Below, piece after piece: positions 14,301 through 27,055 of a stretch of DNA of 64,000 nucleotides. A model generated the notes under the pieces. The model worked only from the letters and a program-made list of their open reading frames with translations. It was not told the origin of the DNA and did not search any database. The position numbers were made by a program, and so were the translations under genes. Position 1 is the stretch's first letter, and every line of letters begins with the position of its first letter. Source of the stretch: Paraspadella gotoi (lineage: Eukaryota > Animalia > Chaetognatha); NCBI GenBank assembly GCA_051294375.1, contig CM119267.1, positions 16,158,543 through 16,222,542 on the forward strand, in the 5' to 3' direction.

Positions 14301-14872
14301 ACGACGACGACGACGACGAAAGCGACGACGCTAAAATCGACGGGGAGGGAGAGAGAGAGAGAGAAAAAAAAAAATGGACGACGTCGATAGCGGCGACGAC
14401 ATTTTCCTGACGGCGCCGACGATGACGACGACAAGACGACGACGTTGATGCCGGGAATTGAACACGTCTGCACGTTTCCTTTAAAAAATCGTCTCCCCCC
14501 CCGCCGCGCTGAGTGTCACCAACGCCGCGAAAAAAAAAAGAGAGAGAAAGCCAAGTAGAGAGTGGTGGAGGTGGGTGGGAGGGGAAGGGCTGAGGCGGGG
14601 TGGAGGTGGAGGAGAAGAGGTGGAAGTTTTAGAGGAAGGGGGAGAAGGGAAAAGAATTTCGAAGAAAAGGTGCGAAGGAAACATTGAGAGGAATCGAGGC
14701 AAAGATTTGGAGGAAAAGGGGAGGAAAGGAAGAAAGGAGAAGGAGGAAGGAAATGAAAGTGAGAAGAAAAGAGACGATTCCTCGATTGGGACGATCGGAG
14801 AAAGAAGAGACGTGAAATTGGGGGGGGGGGGAAAAGGGCAAAAGGAGATGCGAGGGAAGTGGACAATGATGG

Positions 14873-15330
14873 TGTTAAATTTTTATTTGTTACGAGATAG
14901 TCTCTCGGTTGTTGATCCCTTTTATTTATTGAATTCGTATTTTGTTGCTTACGAAGTATCTGATTGATCAAGTATTTTAAACGTCGCTCTCTGATTGGTT
15001 AGTCCCTTACGATTGGTCCTTAACCAAAGATATAAAAGAGATGTGCTTACCTAAACTAAGAGGATAAGTTACCAATGATCGTGACAGTCGGTAAGCATTT
15101 AAAATGATATTTTGTAATTTTATGGTTAAGCTTAAAGTTGACTATTTTAAATAAGTTCTTTTTTTTTTTGTATCTTTAGAAATATCTCCCTTCTACTTGC
15201 TTCACGTCTCACGCTCATGTTATGTCTACTTACAATAAATATTACTAAATTTACATTCTTCGAATCTTTATAAATAAATAGCAAGTCAGAAAAAACTAGC
15301 TCGCTCACGGCGTACGGTAAAATCCTCATA
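14873..15330 (+). repeat. 5' LTR of BEL/Pao element
   Basis: TGTTAAATTTTTATTTG...GGTAAAATCCTCATA aligns end to end with 22472-22921. Contains two ATTGG boxes (~14995, ~15012), TATAAAA at 15031 and AATAAA at ~15234. Confidence 0.93.
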
Positions 15331-15914
15331 ATCTATTTCGACTTGGACTTTTAATAAACGCCCTTTAAAGAATGAATCAAAGTCTATTGAATCTCTGTTG
15401 CGCGCGTTCCTTCACGATCGGTCAGCGATTGACTCAACTAAGCGGCGGCGTAAGGAATAAGACTAAATAAACTCGCGGAAAAAGAAAAACGAATTTGCTT
15501 CTAAAATAAATCGAAAAAATTCGAGTGCATTTAAAAAAAAAAAACAAAAAAAAGATAACTACGCGAATCTCGTAATAATTCGAAAGCGAAAATTAAAACG
15601 ATTCAGCGCGCGTCTTTTATCTCGTAAACGCGAATAATTTAAAATAAAGACTCTCTTCCGCGAATCGAATTTACCCTTTAACTTTAACGAAACGCGTTCT
15701 TCTTTATAATCGGTTCTAATATGTGTGTTACGTTTGAATTCTTATTTTTTTTTAATTTGGTTTTCCCTTTTTAAAAGGAAACTCTTTCGGTTCTACTCTC
15801 TCGCTTTCATGGTTTCTTGTATGCCATTACAAGTTTGCTTTCCTCTTATTATAAGGGTTGGCTTTGCTTTATATCTCGGTTTCGTGTCTTGTTGGTTTAA
15901 TGAATTTTGAAATC

Positions 15915-18050
15915 ATGTCTAACTCGTCAATACTCACAAGGGCGGGTAAATTAAAGAAACATCAGTATCCATAGCATTTCACGATTTTAAATACAAGTTG
16001 CAAGCTCCCAAACCTCATGTAAGGAGGAAAGTATTAATATTGCAAAACAAGCTCATGAAGATTGCATATTCTGGCTAGTGAAACATACAAAGAATTGAAG
16101 GTGAGGGTTGGACTAAGGAAAGGGAGCTGAGAATACAAAAGCATTACAGGAATACGAAAAAAAGAAGATCCACATTAATCATGATCAAATGGAAGATTAC
16201 TTAAGTCATTAAATACGCCTGCCAATAACAATCTTTTGCTCCCTAATGCTCCCAAGTCCGTTTCCATGTCTGGTAGATCTCAAAGCTCAAGGGCTCGTCA
16301 AAGGAACCAAATGTAAGTGTCAGAGTTTAAAATTAAAGGAAACGGAAAGAAAATATAGAACATCAGGAATATAAAATTAATGAAAAGGATCGTAGCGATC
16401 AAAAAGAAAGGGAAGAAAGGGAAAATGCATTAGAATGGAAGAAGCTAAAAGGAAACTGCAAAGGAATGGGAAGAGAAAGCAAAAGGGAATGGGAAGAGAG
16501 CAAAGGGAATGGGAGAAGAAGCAAGGTGAATTAACAATTTAGCCTTAAATTAAAAACCAAAGGGAAGACAATGAAAAAAGAGGGAAAAGGAAATGGACTG
16601 ATGGAAAAGGCTGATATAGTAATAAATGATGATATCCAAATGACTTACAAGATGTGCTCCATTCCTACACACCTGGTTTGCCAAAAAAGCTCCCTCTTGC
16701 CTTTGGACAAGGTTACCACATGGAATGAAGTTGAATAAACCAAGAGAGGGCAAAGCGCAATGACTTGGTTCATTTGCCTGAAGCTTTACTTAACCTATCA
16801 TGAGAGCCTCCCTCATTTAACCTATAAAAGCACGAAATTTAAACCAACTTAGCACTAAGGATCGTTCCTCATGCATTATTTTAAACCCCCACCATAGAGA
16901 TCACCACTTGCCCGCAACAAGCATGCTGGCAATTCTGGATTCCATCCACTCCTCAGGTTCCATCCCAAACCAAATCAAAGCAAAATCATTTAAGCAATGA
17001 TGCTTCCACCTCCTTCATCGTTCTTCAGCTCCTACTCAAGCCCTTGATCCAGCATTATTTGGCACTTCGGCTAAGCTGGAGCGAGCGCGGCCTAAGAAGA
17101 TAAGAGAGTGGAAGTAGACAGCCTATAGTTAGCCGTCAGTTTCTATCTCGGTATTTTGATATGATGGGTAGAACGACTTTCCTGGGGTAGACCTGATCGT
17201 GAAAGTATCTTGAGGTTGTTGAATGGACGACTGGTGAGGCTCATAATTCCATTAAAGCCAATTTGAAAATATACTGGATGGCACTAAGCTTTAGCTTATG
17301 CTAAACAAAAGTAGTTCTATCACTGGGTTATAGGCAACATACGCTGCTGGAAAGATTACAGTGATATTATAAACAAAGACTACTTTAAGTAAAGGCGATC
17401 TTGTTGGTCTTTAGAGAAACCTGTTTATGAGCCTTGAAGAGCTAAAAAACACTGCTCTCATGTCTGGGGATTAGAAGGGTTTTTTAACATCGATCTGTAA
17501 ACACATTTGATTGAATAAGTCGCATTCCATATTCTACGTGATAAATGGCAAATACTGTTCCATCAGCAAGTTGACCGTTTAATCAAAAAGCAAAAGGAAC
17601 AATATTGACCATTTCTTATACTTTCTGGATGATCAAGTCCAAACAGCTGGAGTCTCCTATGGCTCCGTCCAAGTTTGCCTCATAAGAAAGATGTAGTTAA
17701 AGTTGCAGCTGCTAACACTTCCATGACTTCACATACTCTAGTGGCTCCAATCAAAAAGGTAAACAAAACGGATCTACTCAGGGCTCAGCTAATGAAAGGC
17801 AATCTATGTTAACAAAGATGTCTAATGATCAAGTAAAAGTTTTAACATGCCTTTGTGCAGCTAGTAAACATTATTTGTCTGGTTGTCCTACATATTTTAA
17901 AATGGCGCCCAAGTGCAAAGATTTGAGTATGCTAAAGAATCGTTTATGCTTTCCCGGTTGTTTGAATATAACATAAATCTCTGACTGCAAGATCAAAAGT
18001 TATTCTGTAGACATGTATACTCTAAAGCCCCATACTGTCCTTTCATCGGC
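15915..18050 (+). pseudogene. gag: BEL/Pao gag (frameshifted)
   Basis: Putative start MSNSSILTRAGK at 15915; heptad repeat at ~16455-16525; YLRLLN..TGEAHNSIK-like segment at ~17205-17260; Cys/His knuckle cluster CLCAASKHYLSGCP / LCF.GCL / PHTVL at 17848-18045. Boundaries approximate. Confidence 0.75.
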
Positions 18051-18149
18051 AAACAAAAGATACTCAAGCAGCTGATGACTTCTATAACAAAAGGTGAAAC
18101 AAACCAGTGCCATCCACAAGTACAGATTCAACCTCTGACCAGATTCTTG

Positions 18150-21100
18150 CTACAAATGACGGAGGTGTTGAACTTTATAGACCTCTTGTAGCCATTCATG
18201 TGAACCACAAAGACAAACGGGAAACTGTTATGCATTGTTGGATACAGCATACAAGAACATGTTGTTCCACTGAACTATCAGAAGATTAAATTTACCACAA
18301 CAAAAGTTTGGCTGAACGGTGGTCAACTCTGAAGCCTCCAAGACTGACTACGTTTCCACAGTTTCCTTTGACTTTACAATCCATAGATAATCATTTTAAG
18401 GCTGAACTGAAGTCTGTTGTTGTGCTCAAGCCTTATCAAATGGAAATGTCTCATTCCCACTTCAACAGTTACAAATTATCCTCATTTAAAAGATATAACT
18501 TACTGAACAGGTGGTCCTTTCAAGATTGATGTATTGATAGGTAGGATCTTGCCCCCATTCCCCTTGTGCCTGATGCTTCTACCATGCGTAGAGGCCCTCG
18601 GAATGCACCTTGTGCAGTTCAAACACCGATGGGGGTGGACAGTATTTGGCGTAATCTCTTCAAGCCTGCTCTCAGTTTGAGTGTGATTGCTATTAATTTG
18701 ACATGAGATTTTGTCACAAAAGTTGGATAAACTTTTCCATCACGAATTTAATGACCACGCAGATGAACGAAAAGATTGTGAGTCCATAAATGATAAAAAA
18801 GCTCTTGGAGTTTTAAAGGACTTCTATAAAATTGGTTGATGGGCCTTATCAAGTTGCATTACACTTGGAAGGAGAGTCCGGGCAAAAGCTGCTGAGGTCC
18901 TTGGACCCAGATGCCAGTGCAAAAATGGCACTCAAGATTGAAAAAGGTTGAAACTGTTCTGAGAACAATGAAGGAAGTCAAAAACAATGTTTTGATCAAT
19001 TGCAGACTTGGTTAAGGGAAGTTATATTTCCATTGTTAATAGAATCCTTTTTGACGACCCAAAGGAAAACCCATTTGGTTTATGCCTATAATCCTGGTCC
19101 AAAGAGAATGACAAACCTGGCGAAGGTGAGAATATGCCATGATCCAAGGCAGACGACAGGAGGAGTTTCTTTGAATTCTCAACTGTTGTCTGGCCCTGAT
19201 TTGGCAAACAAATCTTGTTGGCTGTTTGATGAGATTTCGTGAACATGAAATAGCAATCATGGCTGATGTTAAAGGAAATTTTTTTACAAGTCAAAGGTTG
19301 ATCCCGAAGATAGAGATGCATCGTTTTTGGTTTTGGCCTGACAGGGAATTGAAAGAAGATCCCATTCTGTCTCCATAAACAATTGCTGGTCTTCTGGTGC
19401 CAAACCAGCAACCAACAGCTGCAACTTTGCTGTCCCAAGAACATGCAACACAAAAGCATAGATAAATTTGATTCACTACAGTTAACACGATAAAAGAGAA
19501 GAATGTATGTTGATGACATACATCACTTCCAAACCAAATGTTTCTCAAGGAAAACACTTCATTGACCAATTGACTAAGTTAACTTAGGGCAAGGTGGTTT
19601 TGAGCTGAAAATTTGTGTCAAACAGTAAAGAGTTATTGCTGGTATGGATCCCTCAATGCTTGCAAAATCCATGCAATGTTTTTTTGACTCTGAAGCAAAT
19701 CCAACAGAAAGGCTCTGGCATATTTCTGATGTAACAAACAGATTGTTTTGGTTTAAAATAAGACATTTTAAAGATGGGGAAAAGGTCACGACAAGGAGAA
19801 AAGCTCTTTCTCTCACTGCTTTCCATCTTTGACCCATTAGCTTTGCCGCACCTTTATTCTCATTGCTAGACAACAAGTACACAAAGTTTTGTGCAAATAA
19901 ACTGTTGGGATGAAATAATCTCTTGAGAGAAGAAACCAAGCTGATTGAAAAATGGCGCAGAAATCATTATGTCATCTAGAAAAGGTTATGATTCCTCGTT
20001 GGCTCTCTTCCAAGACAATGAAAGAGAATCATCTCCAGAGAATTGCACATTTTAGCGATGCGTCAATGGAAGGTTACGGGGTGCTCGCGTATGAAGACTG
20101 ACAGATAATGAAGGAAATATTAAAGTCTCATTTTTTTATGGGAAAGGCAAGGGTGTTCCACTCAATCAAATTACTACTGTGTTTACTGTCATCCAAGGAA
20201 AGAGTTAGTCGCTGCCCTTTCTTCGCGGAGACTGCTGGATTTATTGTCAGTCAAGTTGATTATTCCTATGATCAAATTACTTCTGGTCGACTCTACCTGT
20301 GTCTTGGAAACAATAAGAATGAAAATGCCATTACAACAATTGTTGCCAATCGCTTAAGTAAAATTCATGCTAAGACTAAGTAGAAACAATGGGATACGTC
20401 CAACAAAACAAAAAAACCCAGCTGACCTCTGTTCACCGAGGCATTGTTGCCTGATGATCAGGACTGCCTGGATTTTTACCACAATGGTCCTAACTATTAT
20501 GTTATGTAATAAGATGAATGGCCTACTAGGATGCCTCTGCAGCTCAGTCTACGCGATTCACCTGACCTGTCCTTGCAGCTCATTCAGCGTTTTAAAAGTA
20601 TCAAAGAACTTCAGATTCTGATGAATCTGACAGCCACATTTTCTACTTGGGATAAAATCATAAGAAGGCTTGCATATTCAGGCGCCTGCATTTTATCCAA
20701 CTAAAAGGAAAAATCTATTTTTCACTTTCGAATACCAAAATGCAGAGCTCACGTTATAAAACTACTTCAGACAAAAGCATTTCCCACCGCGAGTATGAGT
20801 TTCTTTCTTAAGGATTCTAAGTGTTGTAAGGTTCCATCAGAGACGCAATGCAATAAGCATCACTGGGCTGAATTGATTGGAACAAAAACAAAAGAGATAA
20901 TGTGGTTGCTTCTCCATTACCAGCATTTGATCCTTTTTTGGATGAAAATGGATATCGAGTAGGTGGTCTTTTGCACGAGCAGATTTGACACCCGAATCAA
21001 AGCATCCAGCCATTCTAACCTTTCAAATGACAAAGTTGTCCATTCTTTGATTCGATACACTTTCCCACCAATTTGATTCCTTCTTGCCCCATTGTGGGTT

Positions 21101-22190
21101 AACTGAGCAGACTCTTGCTGGTTAAGACAACGTTTTTGGATCATAACAAGGACGGGCAACCTGTAAAAAGGAACAGGTTTTTTTTATCTAGTTGCATTCC
21201 ATGTCAAGAAGCATCATGGTCGTCCATTAGAACAAAAAAATTGGCTTCCTTAGCCTATCGTTCGCTATCAAATAGCACCATTTGAAGCCACAGGAGTTGA
21301 TACATTGGTCCATTTTCCATAAGTCTGGAAGAAAGTAACATAAAACATTGGTTTTAATATTTAACATGTTTACGATAAGAGCTGTGCATTTAGAGGTAAT
21401 AATGGAGCTCTCTACTGCAGCATCTCATAAATGCTCTCGATCGATCCGTGCAACGCCGACCTGGAAGTACATATCATGTACTCTGACAATGGCACAAACT
21501 TGTTGGGGCCAACAAAGAACTTCTTAAGCGATCATGAATGAACTCTGATCCACAATGTCATGCTTCATGAACCGTCCAACATTGAATGGACTGTCAATCC
21601 TCCCCTCATCTCCTCATTGGGGAAGGTCGTTTGGGAAAGGTTTGGGTCAGAACCGTCAAACAAGCTCTTCATTTTATTCTTGCAAAAGAGAAATTAATCT
21701 GATACTTTTCCTCACCGCTGGTAACAGTTGCCGAAGGCAATAGTTAAACCGGCGCCCACTGACACGAGTTTCAAATGAAGCTACGATCTTGAGGCTTAAG
21801 CCGATTATGATTCTCAATCCTGGTGTCACGGCGTGGCCGCATCCTCTGATTCATCCCTCCCACGACGGCAAGATGCACGTTTTCGATGATGCCTGGAAGC
21901 AGAGCCGCCAATTGCCGACGAATTTTTGGCGCCGATGGCACCGACAATATTCGCTGCTGCAATCTCGAATGACTGGAGAAAGACCCGCAGAAATCTCAAA
22001 AAGGGCGATTTGGTGCTCATCACCAATGAACTGGTTCCGCGGCACACATGGTCTTGGCCGTCGTTGGGAACGACCTTCCGACAGTATGAATCCAGCCAGC
22101 TTGTACGTCGTGTTTGGTCCGTACGGCGAATGGGAAACCTTTTCTCCGCGATCGCTCCTGCCTTGTACTACTGAAGCTGCTGCTTTTTCT
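18150..22190 (+). pseudogene. pol: BEL/Pao pol: aspartic protease, RT, RNase H, integrase (frameshifted)
   Basis: Read across frames: ALLDT (18232-18246); GVSLNSQLLSGPDL (~19161-19203); MRFREHEIAIMADVK (~19228-19272); YVDD (19506-19517); FSDASMEGYG (20051-20080); FMGKARV; IVANRLSKIH; NPADL; APFEATGVD (~21275-21301); IRAVHLEV; SDNGTN (21482-21499); PSSPHWG; LNRRPLT; FWRRWHRQY; LKKGDLVLI. These are diagnostic of BEL/Pao. Confidence 0.92.
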
Positions 22191-22471
22191 GACGATGGGG
22201 GTAGTCCCTGACCCTCTGTCTATTAATACAATGACGCTATCCATCCTTCAATTGAAGTGGATGAATAGAACTGAACATTTCTTAAAAATTGGGTTCCTAA
22301 CTTTGTACATATTTGTTTTTTCTGATTTAAAAGTATTACCTACTTGCATCTATCTTAACTGTTGATTTAAAATTGTTATGATATTTAGTTATCATTTGAA
22401 GACGTACAAATATTTTAAAGTAACCTCTATCTAATAAAAATTTAATTTTATATCTGTCGATAGATGGGGAT

Positions 22472-22921
22472 TGTAAATTTTTATTTGTACGAGATACGTC
22501 TCTCGGTTGTTTGATGCCTCTTTTATTATTGAATTCGTATTTTGTTGTTACGAGTATCTGATTGATCAAGTATTTAAACGTCGCTCTCTGATGGGTTAGT
22601 CCTTATGATTGCCTTAACCAAGATATAAAAGAGATGTCTTACCTAAAAACTAAGAGGATAAGTTACCAATGATTCGTGACAGTCGGTAAGCATTTAAAAT
22701 GATATTTTTGTAATTTTATGGTTAAGCTAAAGTTGACTATTTTAATAAAGTTCTTTTTTTTTGTATCTTTAGAAATAGTCTCCTTCTACTTGCTTCACGT
22801 CTCACCTCATGTTATGTCTACTACAAATAAATATTACTAAATTTACATTCTTCGAATCTTTATAAATAAATAGCAAGTCAGAAAACACTAGCTCGTCACG
22901 CGTTACGGTAAATCCTCAATA
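22472..22921 (+). repeat. 3' LTR of BEL/Pao element
   Basis: Near-identical to 14873-15330, differing mostly by single-base indels; preceded by purine-rich AGATGGGGA (weak PPT). Confidence 0.93.
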
Positions 22922-24786
22922 GATGGTATTGCTGATTATAATGGATATTGTTTTAAGAATACTGATGTGATTACTTATTTATCTTCGGTTTGTGTTTTTG
23001 CTGTTGCTGTTCTGCTGCAGTGAATAGGTAAATTTTTTTTGGAACATATTCACTTCTCTTCATATTCTTCTCCCGTCTTTCTATTTATTTTCTTTTTTTT
23101 TTTTTGTCCTGTTGGTTGAAGAACAACAAGAAAGAAAAAGCATAACTTATTCTTCGAAGGCGAAGACAAACAAAATGAGTGCCTGACCGTAACGACCTCC
23201 CAAATGTCTCGACGGAATATGGCGCTGTCTGGGCAGACTGACGCTGGCTGTTGGTCTGTCAGATCGGCTGTTCGACAGTTTAGGGAATAAAATCAAGTGG
23301 TTTAGAAAGAATTTCATAAGTCGAAGTTTAATTTTCACGATCGAGTTTTCATTTTTAATGTCAATAGTTAATTTCATTTTTTTCAAAATCCGACCGCCAT
23401 TAATCGTATCTCTTTTATTTTCTCCATGCTCTCAATACTGCGATACTTTTTTACGATGCCCTACGACTGGAAAAACCCTCGTCCCTGGCGGGTTAAAAGA
23501 TAAACAAGGAAAAACGTCTTCTTTCTTCGAACGTCAGGGGCGCTGGATGTAAACCCATCAGTTTTCCTTCAACCGAACAAAAGGCGGAGCATATTTTTAT
23601 CTTTTCTTTATCTTTTATCATTTCCTTTTTGCTTTCTTTCTTTTTTTTTTCTTGAAATAAAAAGAAACACAATGGGAAAAAGGGAGGAGGGAGTTTAAGG
23701 GGAGAGGGATTAAAAGAAGCGAACGGAGAGGGAGGAAAAGAACGAAGAGGAAAAGCTGACGCGGAATTAGCGGGAGAAAATATCAAGTTAGAAAAAGAGA
23801 ATTATAAACGCGCAGAAAAGTAGAAAGAGAGAAAGAAAACATAGTAAGTTTAGGAAAGAATAAAATTTTTAAGTAAAATATACAGAAAAACCGAAAATAG
23901 TGAAAATAGAAAAGAAAAAGGAAAAAGAAAAGGGGGAAAAAAAAGAGAAAGAAAAAAGGAAAGGAAGAGAGAAGGCGGGGGGCGAATCGAAGAAGTGGAA
24001 AGGAGAAGCGCATAAAATGGTAAGAGCCTCAATTCGGTGGAAGACGAACGCCTTTTAGCGAACGAAAGGGAAATAGAATAGATGATGGAAACCAATTTTG
24101 TCGCCTTTAAAACGCCACCGAAGGAGACGCCTCTCTCTCTTCATCCGCCGAGGAGAATGGGGGGGAGGAGAGAGACACGAAGAAAATAGTGAAGGAAAAG
24201 AAAAGGAGAGAGAGAGAGAGAGACAGAGTTGGACAATCGAAGAAGAGAGAGAGGAATATAATAGTATAAAGAAATGGGAGGGAGAGAGAGGAGAGAATGG
24301 GCCACGCCTACCATGGCGAGAGGAGGCATATCGAATCGAAGAGGAGGATTTTATTCCTTGTAAAATTGTACGAAGGTCTTGTTTCTCAATTTCAACGAAA
24401 GCTTGTAACGTGATATAAGTTTGAGTTAACCATAGATAGATTATTTTCTACCTTTAACACGACAGAAGATGGAATAAAAAGTTGGTAAAGATCGAGGTAT
24501 AAAGGGCAGAAGGAATTCTTTTTTTTGGCGCGAGGAATTGTTTATTGTTGTTTTAAAAAAATAACTTAAGAAAAGAAATAAGAATAAAAACCCAAAAAAA
24601 ATGGGAAGGAGAGAAGAAAAGAGAATGTTTCTCCTTCCCCGACGTGACAAGGGATGAATCTTAGATTCTTTTTTTCTTTTTTCGAAGACGCGTCACTGAG
24701 TCGAACGACATCCGGGAGGCCGTCGCGGTATTACATACGGGGCGAGAGGACGAGAGGAGAGAGAGAGAGCAGTGAGAGAGACAGCA

Positions 24787-24817
<31 letters not shown>

Positions 24818-24825
24818 AAGAGGAG

Positions 24826-24857
<32 letters not shown>

Positions 24858-25595
24858 TACGGAGGCCGATTGCGCAGGGCGCGAGCCAAGCAAAGGCCAG
24901 ATGGAATTATTGATTGGCGTTCGAGTGGAGAAGACTGGCTTCCCCAGGATTTCGTTGTTTTCGGGGCGCGCGTGGAGGGGAAAGAAGGCTGAGGGTTTAG
25001 GAGTGAAAGGGTGAAGTCTCTTTATTTTAATTTTCGAGGGAGTGCTGGAGGCGAACAGAAGGTAGCTTAAAAAATGAAGACTGTGAAGGAGAAATATAAA
25101 TTATTCGGTTAAATTTTTCCGATAAACGCTAATCGTGAATAAAATATTAATCACTGACTATCTGTGAAAGTAGTATAGTGGGGGAAAAAATAAAGTCTTT
25201 TACAACGGCACAACGAAATTGGGAGCGTGGTAAGGCGAGACAAGTCAGGGGGCCAAACACCTGCTGATTGTTTATAAGGGAGGAAAGAGTCTCTCTCTCT
25301 CTCTCTCNNNNNNNNNNNNNNNNNNNNNNNNNNNNNNNNNNNNNNNNNNNNNNNNNNNNNNNNNNNNNNNNNNNNNNNNNNNNNNNNNNNNNNNNNNNNN
25401 NNNNNNNNNNNNNNNNNNTCTCTCTCTCTCTCTCTCTCTCTCTTTCCTTTTCTCGGAAAAAAAGGATTAAGATTTGGGAATCGATCGATTTTTTTTCTTT
25501 TCTCGGGTCTTAGAGACTCGATTTCGTCAACTTCCTTTCTCTCTTTTTCTCACCTTTTCTTCTACTATTTCCGTTTCCCACCTTTCCTTATGAAA

Positions 25596-25700
25596 TTGGT
25601 ACAACCAATATAAAAATTATCCATTCATTTAATAAATAAGCTATCTTGCCCCTGACTTTGTACAGGCTTATCTTATTTAAACATTTCATCTTCCTATCCA
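25596..25700 (+). repeat. Short dispersed repeat, second copy at ~55048-55150
   Basis: ttggtacaa..aat...atcatttaataaataagctatctt.c..cctga...ttgtacagg is shared by both loci in the same orientation. Confidence 0.7.
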
Positions 25701-26642
25701 CGTCGGCCTAACCTTTTCTCCTTCACTCTTCTCTTCCACAGGTCCTTCCTTTCCTTCCATCCTCAATTTTCTTTTCCTTTTTTTCCTCCTTTCCTTCCTC
25801 TCTATTTATATCTCTATCCCATCTTTTCCCCCAGTCCTCCTGCCCCCCGGGTTCCACCCAACGTTTAAGAATCGCTCAGACCGCGGTCATCGTCGCTCAA
25901 CTCCATCATGCCATCACCTCTCTTGCTCCATCGCTCAGCTCCAGCTTTCAGTTTTTCAGTGCTCATTGCACATATCTTGCCATTACCTCCTTCTAGTTGA
26001 TCGCTCCCACGGTTTGATAATTCAAACTAGCTTCTTTCTTATGGAGCTTCGTATTTAAAAGATTAATAAGTAGAATTAAAAAAAATCCATCTGGTTAAAC
26101 TTTTTTTTGCTTTTTTGAGACGATCAGCTTTGCTTTGAATCTTAATCTCTGAATATCAACCTGAATATTCACATTTACTGATTGCCCCTCGCTTATCACA
26201 CACCATCCTCCACCTCTATTTTTTTTCACTGAATCGCTCAACTCGATCGCTCACTCCCCAAATCTCCCGACGTCTCTTTCACGCATGCGTACCGGGCGCC
26301 GCTTTGTTTTCACTTAACTTTCCTTTTCCTCCGCTCCTTTTCTTCTTTCTGTTTTTCACTCACCTTTTTTTTTATTCCTCATTTTTTTCTCTTACCTTTT
26401 TTTTCCCACCGCCTTTCGATTAATTCTCCTTTTGTTTTACTTTATTTGTTTTTCAATTAGTTTTCTTTTTGCATTTTTTTCACTGGTTTTTCTTACGCTT
26501 TTTTTTATTGGATTTACTTCCAAATCCAACCGAAAATAGGTGAACAGACGTAGTCACTTTCACAACCTCAAATCACGAGAGAAAGAGAGACCTTTGTTCC
26601 CCATTTACAGTACTCACCAAAAGACGGTTCGCGACTTACCAG

Positions 26643-26680
<38 letters not shown>

Positions 26681-27055
26681 CTCCTCTCCGTCGTCGTATC
26701 TGTCTCTGCGTCTAGCCGTCGCCCTCCTCCTCTCTCTTCTCGCCAGGCTCGGGAGGGACCGCAATATCGAACAAGAAAGGTGCAAGATAACGATGTGAGA
26801 GAAGAGACTTTTTGCATTGGGATATAATCCAACGCAAATGGTATTTTGCGTGATGTTAAATGGAGGTGCGCTGAAGTCGGCATTCATTTTCTTTTCCCTA
26901 GAATTTCTCTCTCTCTCCCCTCTCTCTGCTCTCTCATCTCCTCTCTCATCTCTCTCCCATTCTCTCTCCTCTTTAAGTTCCGATCGCCAAATCGATTTCC
27001 CAAGTTTGTGTTTTTAATTTTTTTGGGTTTTTTTAAAAGTTTGTTTTTTATATAT

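Larger units (their letters stand above)
14873..22921 (+). mobile_element. Full-length BEL/Pao LTR retrotransposon (frameshifted in this assembly)
   Basis: Two direct ~450-bp LTRs. GATGG flanks both sides (14868-14872, 22922-22926). Internal motifs follow the BEL order: Cys/His knuckles, ALLDT protease, RT with YVDD, FSDAS RNase H, SDNGTN integrase and an FWRRW/KGDLVLI C-terminal domain. Confidence 0.95.

Noticed and set aside
21273-21286. TAGCACCATTTGAA, identical to the 5' part of miR-29
   Set aside because: It lies in the BEL integrase coding motif APFEATGVD and has no pre-miRNA hairpin, so it is coincidence.
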